DNA of 62,987 nucleotides, the filler included, from Lenisia limosa (Eukaryota > Protista > Breviatea): the NCBI GenBank assembly GCA_001655205.1. It is 9 parts of 9 records of this genome, joined end to end, with 100 filler letters (N's around TTAATTAATTAA, not from the genome) between each part and the next. Parts side by side here need not be neighbours in the genome. Positions count along the whole stretch, not along the records: positions 40,549 to 43,413 come from LPNZ01003329.1; positions 43,514 to 45,296 come from LPNZ01010810.1; positions 45,397 to 46,963 come from LPNZ01002421.1; positions 47,064 to 61,313 come from LPNZ01000973.1; 5 more parts are not named here. The stretch is one strand, 5' to 3'. Both the position numbers and the translations under genes were made by a program. This document shows, piece after piece, positions 40,824 through 53,399 of this stretch. The notes beneath the pieces were generated by a model. That model searched no databases. It was not told where the DNA came from and saw nothing but the letters and a program-made list of their open reading frames with translations. Positions within the stretch are counted from its first letter, which is position 1. Every line of letters starts with the position of its first letter.

Positions 40824-43120
40824 CGGGTGGACCTTCGGGATGATGGAGAGGGACGCGATGGTTTCTGCTCCGCTGCTGGGGACGCTAGCGGGTAAAATTG
40901 AAAAACTTGGGAAACAGAAAAAAAGCCCAATTAACTCTATTGGCAGACAGCAGAGGAGAGTTGAAAAAAACAAAACAAAGCCCAGGTCAGTCGCTTCTGC
41001 ACCGCATCACTCCAGGTTTGCTATTTCTCTTCGTGTTATTTATATTATATTATATTATACAATATAATATCGATATATTATTAGTGAATATAGTATGCTA
41101 TTGCGTACCATCATCAAGGTGTTGGGAGGTCTGAGACGTTTCAATAGTCAAATTGGTTCGCGACTGGGCTCTTTGTGATGACGGTGAGGGTTGGGGTGAT
41201 GGCGTGGATGATTGTGGGGGTTCAGAGGCGGCATTTTGAGTCTCAGAAGATGGGGAGGGGGAAAGGCGATCCGGATCAGAAGGTGTTTGAGGCTGGGGAG
41301 GGTCGCTATGGATGGATGTGTTGTCTTGTGGTGTTTCTTCGGATTGAGCATTGTTAGCTGAAGAATCTTCGGATTGAGCAAGAGCAAAAGGTGCTGTAGT
41401 GTTAGTGTCAGGTGCGGGGTCATGCGTATCGTTTGAGGGTTTTTCTTCAGCCCCAACATTTCCCTGAGTGCTATCATATGAAGGGGTTTCCTCCTGATGT
41501 TGCTCAGACTCAATATTTCTGTCATCTACTGGAGGAACCTCATGATCAACATGCACATCTTCATTGACCTGTTGATCTTTTTGATCTTGTTCATCTTGCT
41601 GATCTTGCAGCACATTTGAGTCGATTAAAGGATCTTCAGGATGATCTTGCGCAGAATTTGACTGGGCTTCAGGTATAGTTTGCCCGGATTGGGGTTGTGA
41701 TGAAGAATCTCGGTTTTGGGTACCTTCCAATGATCTTTGATCCGCTTCACTCTCCACCACTACGGGTTCATTATCTTCATCACGAACTGGACTTTCAACA
41801 CCCGAGGGTCGCGGGGGTGGATCTTCAGACTGCTCAGCCCTTCCAGAACCTTCCAATGCACCATTACTCCGAGCCTTCCGCGTCCCCGGTTTTCGACGGC
41901 GTTTTGATGGCGATGCCGTCCTCCGAGCCGTACTAGGACGCCCAGCAGTTCGCGGGCGTGCTGACGATGATGACATTGATAACGTGGCAGTTTTAGGCCG
42001 GCGGCGCGATGACGTGGCAGGACGGGGTGATGTCGGTTTTCTTGGTACAAAGTCCGGCACAGATTGAACAGGACCCGGAGAGNNNNNNNNNNNNNNNNNN
42101 NNNNNNNNNNNNNNNNNNNNNNNNNNNNNNNNNNNNNNNNNNNNNNNNNNNNNNNNNNNNNNNNNNNNNNNNNNNNNNNNNNNNNNNNNNNNNNNNNNNN
42201 NNNNNNNNNNNNNNNNNNNNNNNNNNNNNNNNNNNNNNNNNNNNNNNNNNNNNNTCAGCATCATCAGCATCATCACCATCAACAATAGTCATCACCATCA
42301 TCAACAGCATCAACATCAACCCCCTCCCCACGCGGCTCAGACACCCTTGACGACACTGAGAAGGCGTCTGCAGCATCGAGGGCAGAGGCGGAAGAGGTAA
42401 CATGGAGGGGAGTGACGGGCGAAGCTGGCGGCTCTTCTAGACCCTGGGGGGGGGGAGTAAAACGAAGGAAATTTCGATGAAAATTGGAATATTCATAAAA
42501 CAAAAAAAGCCTAATTCAACTCTGTTGGCTGACAACACGCGGTTAATTTGAATATCATATGGGAGGGGAGGGGGGTAGCGTAGGAATTTTTGAAACAAAA
42601 AACATAAAAAGCGTAAATATTGACATTTTGTCCACCTACACCCCACACAACTCAGTTTTATTTCTCATCACAAAAAAAAAGACTCCGTGCAAATACTTTT
42701 TCGAGGAAATTTTTTGACAAAATTTGAAATTAAAGTGTCTGAAATGGGGTTACAATATGTCCGTCTTCAACTTTTGAAATTAATGTGTCAATTAATTGCA
42801 CGGAACCTACTCAAAACATACCCTCCCTCTACCACCTTGGCAGCGGCAACGCGTTCCACAAGGCTCCTGAGCAGTTGCAGACTTTCCAGGCATTCGGCTG
42901 AGGGCTGGACCAGTGTGTTTGCTGGGCTTTCGGCTATCACCTCTGAAGCAATTAAAGGGAATTAGTGTCCTCTCGGGGGTAATATTGGATGCTGAGTAGG
43001 GGAGTTAAGAGTTAAAAACATCTGGTTGGTAATACCACCCAAGAAACACCCACGCATACGGGGAAGGGCTTCGGAGATGTCGTCAATCGACTCCTTCATT
43101 TGTGTGATCACCAGCAGGGC
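40824..43120 (-). CDS. Hypothetical low-complexity (Ser/Pro/acidic, basic patch) protein, fragment
   Basis: Long exon ORF 41098-42081 with an Arg/Pro then Asp/Glu/Gln-rich tract. Flanking helical exons ALLVITQMKESIDDISEALP and EVIAESPANTLVQPSAECLESLQLLRSLVERV. Confidence 0.7.
42444..42545 (-). repeat. Intron repeat family A, 3' splice-site module
   Basis: GTGTTGTCAGCCAACAGAGTTGAATTAGGC..AATTTTCATCGAAATTTCCTTCGTTTTACTCCCCCCCCCAG. Related modules at 12178-12237, 29402-29499, 39706-39790, 40885-41015, 43121-43223, 56530-56605, 62506-62873 and 62928-62987. Confidence 0.85.
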
Positions 43121-44315
43121 CTGGGGGAGGTAAAATTGGAAAATTTAAGAAAAACACAAAAACAAAAAAAAACACAAAATCAACTCCCCAGGCCAGTCGC
43201 TTCCGCAGTACTGCATCCCATACATAGTATATAGTCTTGGACTGTTTTCCTTGTGAAATCAAAAGCAAATCGGTCGTAACTTACCAGGTCACTGTAAATA
43301 TATGGGGGTGAACACTCCCCTAACCTTGCAACCAAACCCCTTCCCTATTTTCCCCAGACCCCACTTTCTGATAGTCCAGACCCCACTTTCTGATAGTCCA
43401 GACCCCACTTTCTNNNNNNNNNNNNNNNNNNNNNNNNNNNNNNNNNNNNNNNNNNNNTTAATTAATTAANNNNNNNNNNNNNNNNNNNNNNNNNNNNNNN
43501 NNNNNNNNNNNNNTTATTTTTTTTGGAAACGGGAGAGAGGTGAATGATGATGGTTAGGGAAGAAGGTGAATGATGATGGTTAGGGAAGAAGGTGGTCTAT
43601 TTTGGATGACAATACAAAATCCAATACCAAACCCCGAAATAATTCCAAGTAACAAACCCCGAAATAATTCAAAATACCAAGTAGTTATAACCCTAAGTGA
43701 AGGGGGGGGGGGGGCTATNNNNNNNNNNNNNNNNNNNNNNNNNNNNNNNNNNNNNNNNNNNNNNNNNNNNNNNNNNNNNNNNNNNNNNNNNNNNNNNNNN
43801 NNNNNNNNNNNNNNNNNNNNNNNNNNTATCCTTTCTTAATCAACTTAGAACTCTCCTCCGATTCGAACTCAACGCCTGATGCCTGGGTACGGGGATTTGG
43901 AGGAAGTGGACCATTATTTACGCTTTATTTGAAGCATAAATATTCTCTGAAATTCATTTAATCATTTATTTGCCTTACAACTCTGTCAGCTTTCTAAGCT
44001 TCACCCTAACTGGTATAGGAAGGAGGGAATCTTGAAGGTGAATGGTAGTGTTGATGTCAGGTGTTTTGCTTTTTCCTATTTATTTATTTATTTCAACTTG
44101 GGGTTTCTGTATTCACAGGAGTATAGTTTTCTTGAAACATTATCCCACCGTCTCAAAAACAAGTCAAATTCCTTTATTTGCTCTTATCATCGCGAACATT
44201 TACTCCTGAAGAAAGAACAATAGTCCCACCCCCTCCTTTAATCAATAGTTATAGTTCTAGGAGCACACCGCGTCACCAGTTCTTAGAATTGTGGCGGGTG
44301 TCCCGAGAATACGAC

Positions 44316-44412
44316 TTGGGCTTCCCTACGGTCCCAAAAAAGACCGAATCTTATAAATCCTCGATAAATATCGATATTTTAACGATCTTTTTTGGATCGT
44401 AGGGAAGCCCTA
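44316..44412. mobile_element. hAT-type MITE, second subfamily (TIR TAGGGCTTCCCTACGGTCC)
   Basis: Shares the GATAAATATCGATATTTT core; TSD aatacgac/gttacgac (6/8). Relatives at 34430-34529 and 49019-49159. Confidence 0.85.
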
Positions 44413-44488
44413 GTTACGACAATGATGCCAGCCCATGCTAGAAGAAACAGAATTAATAGTACAAAAGAAGAAGGGGAAGTACCATGGC

Positions 44489-45275
44489 CTAGGCCGCGAG
44501 GATCCTGAAGTTTCTATCCATAGATGCCGTCATGATGCCGCGAGCGTCGGAACCGAAAATCAGGCCCGTCACGGGGGCTCTGGCCTCCTTGAAGGTCTGC
44601 ACAATGGGCCACTAGATCGTGAGATCAGGTAAAATGGGTATAATAGAAGGTTAAATTACGTAACGGAGGCCCAGGGTGGGGGTAAAAAAAGGAGGGGATG
44701 ATATATAAAAAAAAAAACAACNNNNNNNNNNNNNNNNNNNNNNNNNNNNNNNNNNNNNNNNNNNNNNNNNNNNNNNNNNNNNNNNNNNNNNNNNNNNNNN
44801 NNNNNNNNNNNNNNNNNNNNNNNNNNNNNNNNNNNNNNNNNNNNNNAAAGTCAGGGCGGACACAGCGCCTGAGTCGATACGGAGGGTCTAAATTAATTAA
44901 AAAAAAAAAGGGAATATGAAAGCATTCCAAATAAAAGAAGCCCGTTACGCCGTATTACTTCCCACCTTGAAGTTGGTCAGCTTGCGAAGATCCCAGAGTT
45001 TGATTTCGCCCATGATGTCAGCGGAGGCAAGGTACAGACTGGAATATGAGAGGACGCTTTAGTTTCGTTAACTGGTAGAATTTGTTACTTATTTCGGGAA
45101 TAGACTTAAAGTGAGGAAAAGAAAGACGAAAGAAAGACAGAAAAGACCCACCCGTTGTTGGAGAAGGCAAGACGGGAAATGTCGCCCTTATGGCCCTCGA
45201 AGGTCGCGGCGTTCTCCTGGGACTTGACATCCCACACGCGCACGCATGGCGCAGCAGCATCGCCAGCCCGGGTGC
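44489..45275 (-). CDS. PRPF19: Pre-mRNA processing factor 19, C-terminal WD40 repeats (5' truncated)
   Basis: VRVWDVKSQENAATFEGHKGDISRLAFSNNG|LYLASADIMGEIKLWDLRKLTNFK ... VTGLIFGSDARGIMTASMDRNFRI-stop follows the Prp19 pattern AFSENGYYLATA..VKLWDLRKLKNFK. Confidence 0.88.
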
Positions 45276-47063
45276 CTGGAGAGTAAAACAAAGGAANNNN
45301 NNNNNNNNNNNNNNNNNNNNNNNNNNNNNNNNNNNNNNNNTTAATTAATTAANNNNNNNNNNNNNNNNNNNNNNNNNNNNNNNNNNNNNNNNNNNNAGAG
45401 ATATTGGATTATGGTATAATATTGATTCACCCAAACATTTGCCTTACAACTCTGTGCACACAGCTTTCCGCATGCCTCCCCAGCATACCTACAAGGATTA
45501 GGTTCATGAATAAGGACAAAATTACGTGCAATAAATTTCCTCAAAAATTAGCGGAGTGCTGTATAAACAGTATGCTGGGGAGGCACGACCAATCTCTTGG
45601 AAGCGTCATACTACTAATTTGTATCTCGGCATAACGTATAGTTTTATATATGATATGATGGATGGGGAGGGGGGGTAATAAATATGGTTGTATGATTGTT
45701 TGATTGGGTGGAGTGTTTTGGATTGTTGTTGAAATGTGGTTGTCTATTTCATGTGAGCGGCATTTTAACCGACAGTATAAATAATATACCGACATATAAC
45801 TGACATTTCAGCCGACAATAAAATTATTTTTAAAATCAAGAAAACAATAAAGTACCAGATTACACAAAATCAGTACTTGAGTTGAATTGTTTTTAAAAAT
45901 ATATATTATGTGTCAATGTTGTGAATGTTTTTTCCACGCCAAAATGAGTATTTTGCTTGTCAAATAATAATGTCGGTTAGTTTCGGTTAATCGGTTAACC
46001 GACAAAATATTGGGGCAATAACCGAAAAAAGTTTCTCAGTATTTCTTCAGCTCTATTTATTTAATTTGATTGACACAGGTTTATAGTTTTATAAGCTTAA
46101 AAGCCAGTTATATTGGTGCGGTTGGGGCACCCTGTACCCGTCCGCAGGTTGTTGCTTGGTGTCATTTTTTTCCACGCTGCACCCTCCAGGGGATCCGAGC
46201 AACGCTTACGGAGTTCTGCATTCCATCAGTAAAACGCCTTGTTCTCCCCGTGTTTCAAACTCAAGGGGAGATTTTGGGGGGGTCCAGAGTGATGCTTTTC
46301 TCTATGATTGGCCAACTGTTGTCAAGTTTCGACTTCTCCCCTTTGCTCTATTGTAATATTGCATGTTTGCATGTTTAATATTGTGTTATCTCGAGACAAA
46401 AGAGATGAAAAGTGATAACTGCCAAATTCCTTTTCGATTAAATTTGCCAAATACATATAAAAGAAAACAAGAAATAGGGGACAAAAAGACAAGAGAATTC
46501 AAAGAAAAGAAAACAATAAATAAGATAGTTTGGGCGATCAGGCTAAAGATTGAGGCTCTCCAAAATGGCTTGACAAAGAGACTTGTAATGCCACGTGTTT
46601 CCTTTGTATCGTTTGAAGATGATTCTGTAATGTTACAGAATGCAAAATATACATCTCCTAGAAGCGTGATGTTGGAAAGCTTTGGCCACATAGAACATTG
46701 TTTTATTCTCATCTCTATATTCTACTTCTTCATAAATCTAATCCTTGTTGGTACGCTGGGGAGGCACTCAGAAAGTTATAAGGCAAATGATTGGGTGAAT
46801 TAATATTATACTATAGTCCAATATCTCTTTTAAGCGTGAAGGTGTGGACGGCTTCGGCCAAATACCACATCAATATTGTTTATTTCTCATTGCTATATAT
46901 ATTGTGGTACGAAGCGTGATGGACGGCTTTGGCCATATACAGGATTGTTTTATTCTCATCTCTNNNNNNNNNNNNNNNNNNNNNNNNNNNNNNNNNNNNN
47001 NNNNNNNTTAATTAATTAANNNNNNNNNNNNNNNNNNNNNNNNNNNNNNNNNNNNNNNNNNNN

Positions 47064-47968
47064 TGCTGCAATTGAAGACGCCCTCAAGCCAATTGTTACC
47101 AATTCACTTTCACATGTTTGTCTCGGCTTTTGGATTCGTTTTTTAGAGCTTCCCCCTTAACAATTATTTAGAGAACTGAAGATGATACTGGTAACTCTCT
47201 AATATGGTCAGTTGTGCGACAGCAAATATCTGAAATTGCCCGAATTGAAATGGACAAAGTAGGCTAACTTTTGATTCTCTGGTGTCTCATTTTGGCAGGC
47301 TATTCAAAAATCCCGTGATCAATCTCGAAATAACGAAGTTCTTGGGATGTCAACAATGGACATAGCCCTTGCCGATTCTCTCATAATGGAGCATCTTGTT
47401 TCTAGTAGGTAAATACGATGCCAGTAAATGGACATAGTGTATCATACTACTATATGATTTGCATATGGTATCATAACTTGCTAATAATATGATTTGATTA
47501 ATTTTGTTTAATAATATCCCTGTGAATTATCTTTTTATACATAGATACTTTTTTGCTCTCTGAAAACACTTTTTTCTTATTTATTTACTTTTTAGGCGTT
47601 ATTGGGTCTGGTGGGGAGCCGAGGGTGGTGTGGGAAGAGTCACTCAGCATTTTGGACCGCATGATATTTGACAATGTAATTCAAACTCAAATGGGCCCCC
47701 TGCAGGATGCATCAGCAATGGTTGGTTGGTTCAAAAGGCGCGATTCTTTTGGTGTTGTGTTTTTTATACAATTTCTTTCATCATCATATTACACACTATC
47801 AGTAAAGTAATATATCATACAAGGGTTTTTAACATGTTTTTGCATACGTTTTGTTGACCTTTGCATTACCACTTCAGACCCGAGAATCCAAGGTTCTGAG
47901 TGAGGTGTTCAAAGAACTGACCACGACATCAGCACAGGAAGTGCTGGATGACGCAATTGATTCGTAGA
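47064..47968 (+). CDS. 3' exons of a hypothetical helical protein
   Basis: GT-AG-bounded exons VVRQQISEIARIEMDK, GVIGSGGEPRVVWEESLSILDRMIFDN, and terminal TRESKVLSEVFKELTTTSAQEVLDDAIDS-stop. Confidence 0.55.
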
Positions 47969-48077
47969 AGAAGTTTCTAAATAATCTAGTTTATGTCTGA
48001 TTTCATATTTAATTGTACAATAGATTCGCCTTTTTGGAATTCACTTGTGAAATCAGAATCCTACTTTACATTCACAA

Positions 48078-50865
48078 TTACATTGTACCAAGCGCAGCCA
48101 TTTCAGCTTCGAAAGCAGCATAGTCAGTCGACGCTGTTGACGGTTTCGGCTGGGCCTTCACTCCACCAATTCCTCCTGCAACTACCATTTTCTTAGGTTT
48201 GAATGTGCCAGTGCCAAGGGGTGCACTTCGAGCGCGCGCTGACGCAGTTCCTGCGCGTCTTGCTCTAGGAATATAAAATACTGCTACCATTGATGCTCCA
48301 AGGCAAACTGGTGATCTGACTCAAAGAATCATAATGGTGAAATTTATGAGAAACGAAAAAGGAGTATTATGTGACCGAAGCTGAAAATAATAGATATGAG
48401 AAAAAAAAGAATACTATAAAAATCATTATATCGTCAATGATTTCAAAGGGTGAGGATTACAATGCGTTACAAACAAATATGATTCCCACGTGGAAGGAAT
48501 GAAGGCGTTGGCACTCTTCATGAGACTTTGCGGCACTGATGACCCGGCACTTACACTTGTCATACCTGATTGGTCAGCCATAAATGAAGATAATATGTAG
48601 AAATGAGAAAATAAAACAAGTATCTCGTTGTATGAGTTATATATCTTATCATTTGTAAGTGTTTATCTATCTGCAAAAGCCCATACGATATATTAACTAC
48701 ATAAAAATATACAGATGAAAAATACACCAAAAACAGCAGTTATTGCCTACCATCCTTGACTGTAACTCTTCTGTTAACCTTCACCTCATCCTTCTTAACT
48801 TCTGTTGCATTCTCCTACTTCAATAAAGAATATTCCTTTGTGCCATTACGAAATAATTGTCAGAAATGTTTAAAAGGACGTAAATGTCACCCTATTGGTC
48901 CACAATAATTTCTACAAAGGATAAATTGATTAGAGCATCATAACGTTGCTTATCAAACTAAAGATACCATGCATTTTGCCAACAACGTTTAGGTAGAAAT
49001 GCCAGGTAAAATTATATTTAGGGCTTTCCTATGGTCTGAAAAAGACCGATAAAATTATATTTAGGGCTTTCCTATGGTCTGAAAAAGACCGATAAAATAT
49101 CGATATTTATCGAGGATTTATCAAGTATTTCTGTCTTATTTGACCGTAGGAAAGACCTAACTATTGGTTGATCCCACGCATGCCTACCTTTACAGCAGGG
49201 GGGAGAGCAGGGGGGCCTGGAAGGGCACCTGGAGGTCCAGGCATTCCTAAAGCGTTAGAAATCCATCAAACACGTTAGAATACTTGAATACTTCCATACG
49301 AATATACAAATATAGAGAGTATAAAGGAGTTTAGAGCCTCTTCTCAACTTATCTGAAAACAACAAACAAGGGTATTTTTATCTCACATGTTTAACATGTT
49401 TAACAGCAAGAGAGCCCATAGAGTCCATCAACAAACCAGTTGGTGGTCCTGGAATCAAAGCTGGTGCAAATGGAGGAGGAACTAAAGGAGCAGGCATGCC
49501 AGGGTAAACCATTGGGGGAGCACCAGGTGGAGGTGACGGAATGCTGGGGGGCTGACGCGGTCATTGGTGCCATTTATCAAAGGTTTAATATTACATACAA
49601 AAAAAAGTACTGTGCTTAAACTGCTTGTGTTGGTATAATATGACCATATCTGATAGTTCAGAAAACAGCATTCATGCAAGAACGTTGGATAACGCAATTT
49701 TACGTCTACGGCTTGGAATTTTCAAGAAGAAATGGGATAAATTTTTCTTACTCCTTGGGTTTTATATTAAATAGATTGATAAATAGTATAAATCTTTTGT
49801 AGATGGGAATCCGTGTCCAAAACATCTTAGGTGTATATTTGGATGTAAGACATAGGAAATATTTCATGCTTCTCCAAAAGTTGTCAATATTAATCAGCAG
49901 CGCTTATCTGTTCAATATTTACTTTATAAATACAGTGAAGCGAGGTTCTAAGAAGAACACCGTGTTTTTGCATAAATGCTCAAGTCACTCACATCTCCCG
50001 GCATGGGTAAATCGGCTGGCATTTCTTCATCACCGGGGATGGGCAAGTCCATAGGCATCTCATTTTCATCAGGGAAATCTGGTACAGGCAAGTTGGCAGG
50101 GGCAGCTATAAAGTTAGAATATCGGTGCTGGGGAGGCAAGCAGAAAGCTCAGATTTGGAAGGCTAATGATTAAGTGAATTAATATTCTACTTTAATCCAA
50201 TATCTCTTATAAGCGCGATGGTATGGACAGCTTTGGCTAGATACAGCCTTGTTTATTTCTAATCTCTATATGTACACTAATAGGGTTCTGTACAGGTGGA
50301 AGGGCTAAAATGTATGAAGAAAAAAGAACCCATCCCAATTTTAAAAAAGCATGATAGGCAAAAAAGGGTACTTCAATGAAAACTCATACGGTTACAGTAC
50401 CCCCAACCTTCATCAATAGGTTTGTATCCAAAACCAATCTCCTTTCCTCCAAAATCTGTTCTTGAAGGCATAGCGGTGGATTTTACCTATGAGGTTAGCG
50501 AGGCTACTATCACCTGTTTTACACCCTTTTCAACAACCCACCTTTCCAATCTCTTTAAGATGTCTAAAATTTTTTTCAAGATAATCTCTCCTGTCATTAT
50601 GCTTCTTGTCCAAATGCCCTGCTGCATCTACAAATGTCATGCAACATAAAAACAACGAGAAAGCCAACCCATTCTATTGATCTTTTGGATTTCTTCAACG
50701 ATATCCTCAACTTTTCTGTTGGACATGACAGTGACTCTGTTGTCTTGCCTTTCTTTTTTGCACTGAAAGTCAACATGGTATGAAAATGTGACCCACTCTT
50801 TTGCGGAATTTCTCTTTTAATGCCTTACGATGGGCATCAGCCGGATTTAACGCTTTTTTACCCAT
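48078..50865 (-). CDS. WBP11: WW domain-binding protein 11 (Wbp11/SIPP1) splicing factor
   Basis: N-terminus MGKKALNPADAHRKALKEKFRKR..KKERQDNRVTVMSNRKVEDIVEEIQKINRM (Wbp11 domain), Pro-rich middle exons, C-terminus DYAAFEAEMAALGTM-stop. Confidence 0.85.
49019..49159. mobile_element. hAT-type MITE, second subfamily, with 43-bp tandem duplication of its left end
   Basis: tagggctttcctatggtctgaaaaagaccg occurs twice; right TIR gaccgtaggaaagaccta. Confidence 0.75.
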
Positions 50866-51243
50866 TGTGAATCAAAGAATGGGGCAAGAGGAGCCTTCAG
50901 TGAATGGAAAACTAAGAAAAATAAGGTGCTCCTCAATTTCTCAATCCTTTCTGTATTAAATCACTCAAACAAAGAAATTATTCTCAAAAATATACGGTAA
51001 ACACAATGAGAGAAAAGTGGAGAAAGGGGCAAAAAAGGGAACTTTGTTGTATCGAAATTTTTCGTATAATTTCAATCGATAAAATTCGAAAAAAAAAGCT
51101 TATGACAATTTTGACCTTTACGGTGGCTATTAAAGCCCTTCAGTCGAAACCAAAATCCAGCGATTTGTTCCAATATTTATGAGTTTATAGCTTTTTTACA
51201 ATATTAAGAGTATATTTACCATTAGCTTATTTCAAATGGATGG

Positions 51244-53193
51244 ATGAAAGATTCAAAGTTGACTTTATCGCCTCCTGATGTAAGTATGGGGCATTTAATA
51301 CTGCAATTAGTTAACATTGAACCAATTTAATTGAAATAAGCTCTTCAGTTTCTCCCCAGCTTCCATGTCAGTTCTAATCTGTTTTATAGGGTGTTGAAGG
51401 TGATCCTATTGACGTATGCGTGTCATGGAACAAGAAAAACAAGGAATGGATGAGTTCACGAGCAACAGGGGACGAGGATGGTCGACCAACGATATCCATG
51501 TTTGTTGACGAGAAATTCAACCTGAATGTGAAAAATAAGGACTCTGAGTATCTTATCACATCAAATGCTTTGCATACGAGAACTCAATCAAGCCCTCCTC
51601 CTCAGTCGTCCACTTTTTCCACTGAAGTGAAAGACGTGAAAGAACCAGGTGAAAGAGAGAGTTCTGTAGCTCGTGAAAAGTCTTCAGATGCTTATGTGGA
51701 TCCTACAGACGAAGACACCGACTATGAGGAATCATTAAAAGATGGGCCTTCTACTTTCTCAAGACCTTCGAAGAGGAAACGGAGCTCTAAAGACAACCTT
51801 AATGTGACCACCAAATTCTCTCTCTTGAGATCAAAGGTAATGGCAATATTTTTGTATTTGATTTTTGGGCTCAAACTGCGGCTAAATGAAGACTGTGGAT
51901 TGTTTGAGAGCAATCCATTTGATGATTGAGATAGGGTGGTGATAGTTGGGTGTAGGCAATGTAGTTTGCACGCCTTCTCTACTTCTTAAACCTAATTTGT
52001 GTTAAGTGATAACTATTGTATCATATTTATTGAGTTTCAGGCGTTTTTCATTCCTCCTTCTTAGGCTGTTCCTGCCCTTCGTGAAGGACTTGTTTGCCTC
52101 AAAACTACCTATCCTGGAATGCGGAGGTGTGACGTGGAAGAGCAAGTTTACCCCCCTCTTTCAGCTGTTAATGTAAGAGGGAAATCCAGACAGTTTCTTC
52201 TTCGCTGCTCTCACTGATATAGTCTGTCCAATTCGGCCGGATTCTTCGAGACGTCTTTCCCAACATTCAGTACTCCCGTCGTGCCCCCACAACAAACTCA
52301 AGACGGGTTCGGTTTTACTCCTTGGCTCTCAATCCGGACCGTTACCCTGCTGCCAAGTCGGTTGATCCCGATATGATGGCGGAAAGCGAAGAACCGCCAC
52401 CTCTACAACCCAAGCGTGATATGTCCAGCATGTCTTCTCCCCCCCTGATCCAGACCCCTATGATACCGGCATCACAGCCATTCAGCTCGTCTCCTGTTCA
52501 TCCGTTGAACCTTCCAAAGTACCTCTGCTCGCCTTCAATAGAAGGCATGAACGCGTCAAATGAGTACGGCTTCAACATGCTTTTACCAAACTACGTGTCT
52601 CCGTCGCCACAGTCGTCACCTTTGGTCACGCCATTACAAAGTCCTTTCTTGCCGCCGCTGCAGCCCCCGATTCATCCTCCCTTTTCGTCCCAGGTTTGCC
52701 TTAAGGTCATTACGAAACCTTCCCTTTCTTTGAATCCCGTTCTCTAAAGCATTAGGTCTTCTGCCACCCCCCTCTCTCGGCACCATTAGTGTCAATGCCA
52801 TCTATTCCCTCCCCGTTCCACTCGTCGCTTCTCCCACCTATTCAAGTATGTTGTTGCGTATCATATCTGATATGGCGAATTTGACAGAAAATATTCACAA
52901 TATTTTGTTGTTTGTCAACGTTTGAGCCAAAGAAGAGGTTATTTCATTAATTTCCATTTTTCATCCCTTCATTTGTTTGTGATGACTTTGGTTGAGAATT
53001 GAAAAAAACGTTTTGTTTGAATTTTCATCATGAGGCGGTTAATTTATTTAACATCACTTGATTATTGTTCACTCATTTTTTCGTCTTTCTGAATACCTTC
53101 TTTTTCTTAAGCTTACCTATCCAGGTTCCCCCAGTGGTTCTTCCTCCTCAATCTCAAAATCTAAATGGGCCTCAAAACCCCTCTCTTTCTTAA
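51244..53193 (+). CDS. RFX-type winged-helix transcription factor
   Basis: Spliced EGLVCLKTTYPGMRRC..AVN|SVQFGRILRDVFPNIQYSRRAPTTNSRRVRFYSLALNP matches the RFX DBD pattern VNAASFGKLIRSVFPNL.TRRLGTRGNSKYHYYGI. It is flanked by an acidic/NLS region and a Pro/Ser-rich tail ending at TAA 53191-53193. Start codon uncertain. Confidence 0.72.
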
Positions 53194-53399
53194 TGGTTAT
53201 TTATTGTGTGTTAATTTCTTGTTATCAGTTAATGTGAGTTGAGTCTGATTGTGTTATAATTTTTCTTGTTTGAGTAGTCTTATGCGTTTTCTTGCTTGTT
53301 TATATATTTTACCGCATTTTATTTGTCACAAAACAGAATGTATGGAAGTGGACTATATTCTCCCCGAGTAATTATTGGTACAGAAATTCTATTGGTACA

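Noticed and set aside
44260-44430. MITE disrupting a plus-strand terminal exon
   Set aside because: The host exon is not supported; the site could equally be PRP19 3' flank.
45397-46963. Gene call for this short contig
   Set aside because: It is mostly repeats; the candidate exons (~46147-46265, ~46541-46586) could not be assigned a frame or family.
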